Positions 26,556 to 32,000 of a stretch of DNA of 32,000 nt are shown here, piece by piece (position 1 is the stretch's first letter; every line of letters starts with the position of its first letter). The stretch covers positions 990,001 through 1,022,000 of the forward strand of contig NC_012803.1 of NCBI RefSeq assembly GCF_000023205.1, read 5' to 3'. The notes under the pieces were generated by a model. The model worked only from the letters and a program-made list of their open reading frames with translations. It searched no databases and was not told the origin of the DNA. The DNA comes from Micrococcus luteus NCTC 2665. GTDB lineage: Bacteria; Actinomycetota; Actinomycetes; Actinomycetales; Micrococcaceae. The position numbers and the translations under genes were made by a program.

Positions 26556-27056
26556 ATGTCCGCGACCCCCCTCGGCTTCTGGAAGCTGCCCGCCCGTCCC
26601 GACGGCGCCGCCCGTCACCTCGCCGTCATCACCGGGGGCGAAGCGCAGCAGACCATGCTCTTCCTCCAGGACGGGCAGTGGTCCATCCTCGCCCTCTTCC
26701 AGGACGAGCTGGCCGGCAAGGCCGCCGCCCGCACCCTGGACGCGCTCCTGCAGTCCGTCACCTGTCTGCGCATGGGCGGCCGTGACGTCCTCGACGGCGC
26801 CGGCACCCCGCGGCCCGGTGTCGAGTGGGCCGGCTACGACCGCGAGTTCGAGGAGGCCGACGTGGCCGAGCAGCGCGACGTCGAGCCGCGCGGCCGGATC
26901 TGGATCCTCCCGGCCACGGACGGCGCCTCCGTCGGCCTCAAGCTTCCCGGGCACCGCCGGTACGACGACGCCGTCGCCCAGTTCGCCGACGTCGACGCGG
27001 CGCGTGCCGCCGTCGCGGCGATCGACGAGCTCCTGGGCGTCGGCCCGCGCGGCTGA
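26556..27056 (+). CDS. hypothetical protein with internal two-fold repeat
   Basis: 166 aa from ATG 26556 with very strong GC3 bias. Repeat signatures FWKLPARPDGA / IWILPATDGA and ALFQDELAGKAAARTLDALL / AQFADVDAARAAVAAIDELL. No family recognised. Confidence 0.7.
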   Translation: MSATPLGFWKLPARPDGAARHLAVITGGEAQQTMLFLQDGQWSILALFQDELAGKAAARTLDALLQSVTCLRMGGRDVLDGAGTPRPGVEWAGYDREFEEADVAEQRDVEPRGRIWILPATDGASVGLKLPGHRRYDDAVAQFADVDAARAAVAAIDELLGVGPRG

Positions 27057-27104
27057 GCCGGCCGGCACTCGCCGGCCCGGGGTCGTGACCGTTCGCCTCC
27101 CAGG

Positions 27105-27126
27105 GTTCACCTGCTGTTCACCCGGC
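27105..27126 (+). promoter_or_regulatory. PHO-box-like element: two 11-nt direct repeat units with exact GTTCACC cores
   Basis: GTTCACCTGCT (27105-27115) followed directly by GTTCACCCGGC (27116-27126), 136 nt upstream of the ppk2 ATG. Matches the Streptomyces PhoP direct-repeat unit, which has a conserved GTTCACC core plus 4 variable nt. Confidence 0.5.
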
Positions 27127-27164
27127 TGCGCTGCCGGGCCCGCCTTCCTCGTCCGCCGCCCGCC

Positions 27165-27170
27165 CATAAT
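27165..27170 (+). promoter_or_regulatory. candidate -10 hexamer CATAAT for ppk2
   Basis: CATAATGG resembles the rplS element. No good -35, which fits an activator-dependent promoter. It lies 38 nt downstream of the PHO-box-like repeats. Confidence 0.3.
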
Positions 27171-27261
27171 GGTGGACAGAGCACAGGCCGTGGCCCGCCG
27201 CCGTCGTACCGAGGAGGGGGACGGACGGGCACGGTGACGCACCCAGTGAAGGAGACGGTCC

Positions 27262-28176
27262 ATGGAGCTGCTGCAGCCCGACGCCCCCCGCGAGAACCTC
27301 CGCGAGTTCATCGACAAGCTGCGCGACGGCGGCTACACCGTCTCGGACGGCCACACCAACGATCCCGACCTGATCGATCCGCAGGGCCGTGCCGTGGAGA
27401 CGTGGAGGGAGGACTACCCGTACGAGACGCGCATGACGCGCGAGGAGTACGAGCTGGAGAAGTACCGCCTGCAGATCGAACTGCTCAAGCTGCAGTACTG
27501 GGGCGAGGACACCGGCCAGCGCCACATCATCGTCTTCGAGGGCCGCGACGCCGCCGGCAAGGGCGGCACCATCAAGCGCTTCACCGAGCATCTGAACCCC
27601 CGCACCGCCCGCGTCGTGGCCCTCAACAAGCCCTCGGACCGCGAGCTCGGCCAATGGTACTTCCAGCGCTACATCCAGCACTTCCCCACGGCGGGCGAGA
27701 TCGTGCTGTTCGACCGCTCGTGGTACAACCGCGCCGGCGTCGAGCGCGTGATGGGCTTCGCCACGGACGAGCAGTACCGCCGCTTCATGAACCAGGTGCC
27801 GCTGTTCGAGAAGATGCTCGTGGACGACGGCATCCACCTCACCAAGTTCTGGTTCTCCGTGACACAGACCGAGCAGCGCACGCGCTTCGCGATCCGCCAG
27901 ATCGACCCGGTCCGCCAGTGGAAGCTCTCGCCCATGGACCTCGAGTCCCTGGACCGTTGGGAGGCGTACACGGAGGCCAAGGAGGCCATGTTCCTCCACA
28001 CGGACACGGACCACGCCCCGTGGATCTCCATCCGCTCCAACGACAAGAAGCGGGCCCGCCTCAACGCGATGCGCTACTTCCTGTCCCAGTTCGAGTACGA
28101 GGGCAAGGACCACGAGGTCGTCGGCACCCCGGACCCGCTGATCGTGCGCCGCGGCCGCGACGCCGTGGGGGACTGA
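27262..28176 (+). CDS. ppk2: polyphosphate kinase 2 (single-domain PPK2)
   Basis: 304 aa with SD GAAGGAG. Walker A is FEGRDAAGKGG. Also FDRSWYNRAGVERVMGF and a lid region with conserved Arg. Confidence 0.93.
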   Translation: MELLQPDAPRENLREFIDKLRDGGYTVSDGHTNDPDLIDPQGRAVETWREDYPYETRMTREEYELEKYRLQIELLKLQYWGEDTGQRHIIVFEGRDAAGKGGTIKRFTEHLNPRTARVVALNKPSDRELGQWYFQRYIQHFPTAGEIVLFDRSWYNRAGVERVMGFATDEQYRRFMNQVPLFEKMLVDDGIHLTKFWFSVTQTEQRTRFAIRQIDPVRQWKLSPMDLESLDRWEAYTEAKEAMFLHTDTDHAPWISIRSNDKKRARLNAMRYFLSQFEYEGKDHEVVGTPDPLIVRRGRDAVGD

Positions 28177-28257
28177 CCGCGGTCGACGTAGGCTGGGGGG
28201 CGGGTCCGTGTCCGGCACGGCCCGTCCCACCGTCCGAGCCACAGGAGGCCACCCGCG

Positions 28258-29820
28258 ATGACCGAGCAGACCACCACCGTCCCCGTCGGCGCCGCCGACA
28301 TCGGCGTCACGGGCCTGGCGGTGATGGGCGCGAACCTCGCCCGCAACTTCGCCCGCCACGGCTACACGGTGGCCCTGCACAACCGCAGCCGGGCGCGCAC
28401 GGACCAGCTCGTGGCCGAGCACGGTGACGAGGGTGCGTTCGTGGCGACGGAGACGCTCGCCGAGCTCGTGCAGTCCCTCGCCGTGCCGCGCCGGGTGCTC
28501 ATCATGGTCAAGGCGGGCGCCCCCGTGGACGCCGTCATCGACCAGCTCGTCCCCCTGCTGGACGAGGGCGACATCGTCATCGACGCCGGCAACTCCCATT
28601 ACGAGGACACCCGCCGCCGCGAGGCGGCCCTCGCCGAGAAGGGCCTGCACTTCGTGGGCGTCGGTGTCTCCGGCGGCGAGGAGGGTGCCCTGCACGGTCC
28701 GGCGATCATGCCCGGCGGTCCGGAGAAGTCCTACGAGGCCCTCGGTCCGATGCTCGAGAAGATCTCCGCGCAGTTCGAGGGGGAGCCGTGCTGCGCCTGG
28801 GTCGGCACGGACGGCGCCGGCCACTACGTGAAGATGGTCCACAACGGCATCGAGTACGCGGACATGCAGGTCATCGGCGAGGCCTACGACCTGCTGCGCC
28901 GCGTGGGCGGCCTCGAGCCCGCCGAGCAGGCCGAGGTGTTCACGGCGTGGAACCAGACCGACCTGGCCTCCTACCTCATCGAGATCACGGCCGAGGTGCT
29001 CGCCCAGGTGGACGCGGCCACGGGCCGCCCGCTCGTGGACGTGATCGTGGACGAGGCCGGGCAGAAGGGCACCGGCCGCTGGACCGCGATCTCGGGTCTC
29101 GACGTCGGCTCCCCGGTGGCCGCGATCGCCGAGTCGGTCTTCGCCCGATCGCTGTCCTCCCAGCGCGCGGTGCGCGAGGTCGCCCGTGAGACCCTCGCGG
29201 CCGGCGTCGACGAGGAGGCGCAGCGCGCCCCGCAGGACACGGACACGTTCGTGGAGGACGTGCGCCAGGCGCTGTTCGCCTCCAAGCTCGTGGCCTACGC
29301 GCAGGGCATGGACATGCTCGCCGCCGCCGCCGAGGAGTACGGCTGGTCGCTGGACCTGGGCACCATCGCCTCGCTGTGGCGGGACGGCTGCATCATCCGC
29401 GCCGACCTGCTCGACGTGATCATGCAGGCCTTCGGCGGCCGCGACACCTCCCGCCACCCGGCGCCGGGCACCCGCGCCCCCGGCCAGCCGCTCAACCTGC
29501 TCTTCGCCCCCGAGTTCGCCCAGGCGATCGCCGAGGCTCTGCCGGCCTGGCGCCGCGTCGTGGGCACCGCCGTCGCCGCGGGCGTGCCGGTCCCGGTGTT
29601 CTCCTCGGCCCTGGCGTACTACGACGGCCTGCGGGCCGACCGCCTGCCGGCCGCCCTCGTGCAGGGCCAGCGCGACTACTTCGGCGCCCACACCTACCTG
29701 CGCGTCGACCGCGAGGGCTCGTTCCACACGCTGTGGTCCGGCGACCGCACCGAGGTCGACGGCGAGGGCGTGCCCGTGGTCATGCCGCAGCCGACCGAGG
29801 GCGACCCCACGCAGGACTGA
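28258..29820 (+). CDS. gnd: 6-phosphogluconate dehydrogenase (decarboxylating)
   Basis: 520 aa with SD AGGAGG. NADP-binding site IGVTGLAVMGANLARN. Also GVSGGEEGA, MVHNGIEYADMQ and QRDYFGAHTY. Confidence 0.95.
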   Translation: MTEQTTTVPVGAADIGVTGLAVMGANLARNFARHGYTVALHNRSRARTDQLVAEHGDEGAFVATETLAELVQSLAVPRRVLIMVKAGAPVDAVIDQLVPLLDEGDIVIDAGNSHYEDTRRREAALAEKGLHFVGVGVSGGEEGALHGPAIMPGGPEKSYEALGPMLEKISAQFEGEPCCAWVGTDGAGHYVKMVHNGIEYADMQVIGEAYDLLRRVGGLEPAEQAEVFTAWNQTDLASYLIEITAEVLAQVDAATGRPLVDVIVDEAGQKGTGRWTAISGLDVGSPVAAIAESVFARSLSSQRAVREVARETLAAGVDEEAQRAPQDTDTFVEDVRQALFASKLVAYAQGMDMLAAAAEEYGWSLDLGTIASLWRDGCIIRADLLDVIMQAFGGRDTSRHPAPGTRAPGQPLNLLFAPEFAQAIAEALPAWRRVVGTAVAAGVPVPVFSSALAYYDGLRADRLPAALVQGQRDYFGAHTYLRVDREGSFHTLWSGDRTEVDGEGVPVVMPQPTEGDPTQD

Positions 29821-29828
29821 CCCGGCGG

Positions 29829-29859
29829 GACCCGGCCCTCAGATCCAGAGGGCCGGGTC
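29829..29859. terminator. bidirectional hairpin between convergent gnd and cysE
   Basis: GACCCGGCCCTC (29829-29840) pairs with GAGGGCCGGGTC (29848-29859): 12 bp with a 7-nt loop. It starts 9 nt after the gnd stop and covers the cysE stop codon and last codons. Confidence 0.5.
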
Positions 29860-30426
29860 CACGTACTCCGCGGGGTCCACGAGCGGCTTGCCCTCGGACG
29901 GGCCCTTGCGCGGTCGGACGGTGGCCGGCACGCCGGTGGCGATCGCGTCGGCGGGGGTGTCCTTCACGACGACGGCGTTGGCGCCCACCGCCGTTCCCTC
30001 CCCGATCTCGACGGGTCCGAGGATCTTGGCGCCGGCCCCCACCACGACGCCGTCGCGCAGCGTGGGGTGCCGCTTCACCTTGGCCAGGGAGCGGCCGCCG
30101 AGGGTGACCCCGTGGTACAGCATCACGTCGTCGCCGATCTCCGCGGTCTCGCCGATCACGACACCCATGCCGTGGTCGATGAAGAACCGACGACCGATCG
30201 ACGCGCCGGGGTGGATCTCGATGCCCGTGGCCGCCCGCGTGACCTGCGAGAGCACGCGGGCGGGCATCTTCAGCCGGTCATGCCGCCACATCCGGTGCGC
30301 GACGCGGTACGCCCACACGGCGTGCAGACCCGAGTAGACGAGGGCCACCTCGAGGTCACCGCGCGCCGCCGGGTCATGGCTGCGGACGGTCGCGATGTCT
30401 TCCTTGATGCGGGAGAACAGTCCCAC
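29839..30426 (-). CDS. cysE: serine O-acetyltransferase
   Basis: 195 aa from GTG (complement 30426) with SD GAAGGGG. The ORF-track start at 30525 would overlap cysK by 56 nt. Contains [31 protein letters not shown] plus hexapeptide repeats. Confidence 0.9.
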   Translation of the reverse strand: MGLFSRIKEDIATVRSHDPAARGDLEVALVYSGLHAVWAYRVAHRMWRHDRLKMPARVLSQVTRAATGIEIHPGASIGRRFFIDHGMGVVIGETAEIGDDVMLYHGVTLGGRSLAKVKRHPTLRDGVVVGAGAKILGPVEIGEGTAVGANAVVVKDTPADAIATGVPATVRPRKGPSEGKPLVDPAEYVDPALWI

Positions 30427-30469
30427 GGGCGGCCCCTTCGGGTCGGTGCGGTCGGTGAGCGGGCGGCGG

Positions 30470-31405
30470 TCAGCCGCGGATGTCCTCGAAGAGGGCGGTG
30501 GAGATGTAGCGCTCGCCGAAGTCACACACGATGGCGACGATCAGCTTGCCCTCGGACTCGGGCTTGGCGGCCTCCTTGAGGGCGGCCGAGATGATCGCGC
30601 CGGTGGAGATGCCGCCGAGGATGCCCTCCTCGGTCCCGAGCCGACGGGCGGTCTCGATGGACTCCTCGAAGGTGGCCGGGTAGACCTCGTCGTAGAGGTC
30701 GGTGTCCAGGATCTCGGGCACGAAGTTCGCGCCGATGCCCTGGATCTTGTGCGGGCCGGCCTGGCCGCCGGAGAGGATGGGGGAGTCGGCCGGCTCGACG
30801 GCGATGAGCTTCACGTCCGGCTTCTGCTCGCGCAGGTACCGGCCCGCGCCCGTGATGGTGCCGCCGGTGCCGACGCCGGCGATGAACACGTCCACGGCAC
30901 CCTCGGACGCGTCCCAGATCTCCGGGCCGGTGCCCGTGTAGTGGGCCTGGATGTTGGCCTGGTTCGCGAACTGCTGGGCCCAGATGGAGTTCGGGGTGCT
31001 GCGGACGATCTCCTGGGCGCGCTCGAGGGCCCCGCGCATGCCGTCTGCACCGGGGGTCAGCACGATCTCGGCGCCGAACGCCTTGAGCATCACGCGGCGT
31101 TCGGTGGACATGGTCTCGGGCATGGTCAGGATCACGCGGTAGCCGCGCGCCGCGCCGACCATGGCCAGGGCGATGCCGGTGTTGCCCGAGGTGCCCTCCA
31201 CGATGGTGCCGCCGGGGGTCAGCTCGCCGGCCGCCTCCGCGGCGTCGACGATGGCGGTGCCGATGCGGTCCTTCACCGAGTTGGCCGGGTTGTAGAACTC
31301 GACCTTCACGGCGACGTCGCCGGGCAGGTCCTTCGCGAGGCGGTTCAGCCGGACCAGGGGCGTGCCGCCGACCGCCTGGGTGATGTCGTCAAGGATGCGG
31401 GCCAT
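30470..31405 (-). CDS. cysK: cysteine synthase A (O-acetylserine sulfhydrylase)
   Basis: 311 aa starting [26 protein letters not shown] lysine in [11 protein letters not shown]; also GTSGNTG and [10 protein letters not shown]. Confidence 0.95.
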   Translation of the reverse strand: MARILDDITQAVGGTPLVRLNRLAKDLPGDVAVKVEFYNPANSVKDRIGTAIVDAAEAAGELTPGGTIVEGTSGNTGIALAMVGAARGYRVILTMPETMSTERRVMLKAFGAEIVLTPGADGMRGALERAQEIVRSTPNSIWAQQFANQANIQAHYTGTGPEIWDASEGAVDVFIAGVGTGGTITGAGRYLREQKPDVKLIAVEPADSPILSGGQAGPHKIQGIGANFVPEILDTDLYDEVYPATFEESIETARRLGTEEGILGGISTGAIISAALKEAAKPESEGKLIVAIVCDFGERYISTALFEDIRG

Positions 31406-31494
31406 GGTGGTACCTCCGGGGGGTGGTGGTGCGCCTCGGGGCGCGGGCGATCTAGTGGGTGTTCCTGCGTCAGGCTATCGAGCCGCGGCGCCGC

Positions 31495-32000
31495 TCAGGC
31501 GTCCACGAGCCACGCGGAGTAGTTCCGGCGCACCTTCGCGAGCTTCGGATCGATGACCACACGGCAGTATCCATTGGAACGGCGCCGCGCATAGAAGTCC
31601 TGGTGAATGTCCTCGGCCGGGTGCCACGCGGACGCCGGCTCGACGCGTGTGACGATGGGGCTGTCATAGTTCGCCTGCGCCCGGGCGATCTCGTCCGCGA
31701 AGAACCGGGCCTCGGCCTCGTCGTGGGCGAAGACGGCCGAGCGGTACTGGGTGCCGACGTCGGCCCCCTGGCGGTTCAACGACGTGGGGTCGTGGCCGGT
31801 GAAGAACAGGTCCATGATCACCTCGGGCGGCACGACGGCGGCGTCGAAGCGCACACGGACCGCTTCGGCGTGGCCGGTGGTCCCGGTGCACACGGACTCG
31901 TAGCTCGGGGCGGGGTCGTCGCCTCCGGTGTAGCCGGACTCGACGGCGAGCACGCCCCGCACGCGACGGTAGACGGCGTCGAGGCACCAGAAGCAGCCGC
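31495..32000 (-). CDS. msrA: peptide methionine-S-sulfoxide reductase MsrA (N-terminus beyond window end)
   Basis: The ORF stays open to the window edge, where the last bases encode GCFWCL, the catalytic GCFWC motif. Downstream it reads VESGYTGG...GHAEAVRVRFD. Confidence 0.9.
   Translation of the reverse strand, partial: GCFWCLDAVYRRVRGVLAVESGYTGGDDPAPSYESVCTGTTGHAEAVRVRFDAAVVPPEVIMDLFFTGHDPTSLNRQGADVGTQYRSAVFAHDEAEARFFADEIARAQANYDSPIVTRVEPASAWHPAEDIHQDFYARRRSNGYCRVVIDPKLAKVRRNYSAWLVDA

Noticed and set aside
27091-27101. Third PHO direct-repeat unit GTTCGCCTCCC upstream of the two exact units
   Set aside because: It has a mismatch in the conserved GTTCACC core. It is also 14 nt rather than 11 nt from the next unit, so it is out of helical phase.
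24517-27261. Genomic island integrated at tRNA-Val (azlCD, SLT-like and hypothetical genes as cargo)
   Set aside because: There is no integrase, and no direct repeat of the tRNA 3' end (TTCGAGTCCCTCCGGGTGCA) downstream that I could find. There is no visible shift in GC content or codon bias. The whole genome and relatives would be needed to exclude an ancient island.
25833-27317. Single 494-aa - strand ORF spanning the SLT-like gene, the palindrome and the antisense of the hypothetical gene
   Set aside because: Upstream of 26417 the frame is the mirror of the strongly GC3-biased + strand gene 26556..27056. It would also have to read through the 53-bp palindrome. The SLT motifs, an ATG and a well-spaced SD define a 194-aa protein.

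Overview
Very high-GC (by eye well above 70% G+C) actinobacterial core-chromosome segment with 35 CDS and one tRNA. The gene order joins two blocks conserved across Actinomycetota. Block 1 (+ strand): ftsY-amt-ffh-rpsP-KH protein-rimM-trmD-rplS-lepB-lepB-rnhB-DUF2469-yraN-comM-dprA-xerC, equivalent to M. tuberculosis Rv2921c..Rv2894c. Block 2: DUF3145, then on the - strand aceE-PucR regulator-fabD-fabH-acpP-fabF, then DUF3052-ahpE, equivalent to Rv2238c..Rv2246. These are followed by tRNA-Val(UAC), azlCD, an SLT-like lytic transglycosylase, a hypothetical protein, ppk2, gnd, cysE-cysK and a partial msrA. Most of the window is ordinary housekeeping DNA. I see no IS elements, integrases other than chromosomal xerC, CRISPR arrays, prophage genes or recognisable defence genes. 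I could not identify a clear-cut novel multi-gene system. The best candidate for unexplained biology is the 25.8-27.3 kb stretch downstream of tRNA-Val, which contains four features. (1) An SLT-type glycosylase with no signal peptide. (2) A perfect 21-bp inverted repeat (53-bp palindromic element) between it and its divergent neighbour. (3) A 166-aa protein with an internal two-fold repeat and no family I recognise. (4) Immediately downstream, two exact GTTCACC direct repeats at 11-nt phase, a Streptomyces-type PHO box core, in front of ppk2. Other points worth a second look: amt lacks the usual glnK-glnD partners; a 15-bp perfect hairpin sits in the first codons of lepB; a recurring extended -10 motif (TGnCAnAnT) lies 7-8 nt from three SD-less start codons and predicts leaderless mRNAs; rpsP and rplS have long leaders. 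CDS ends come from the ORF track. Starts were refined by frame arithmetic, SD placement and third-position GC. Regulatory calls were made by eye and are low confidence.
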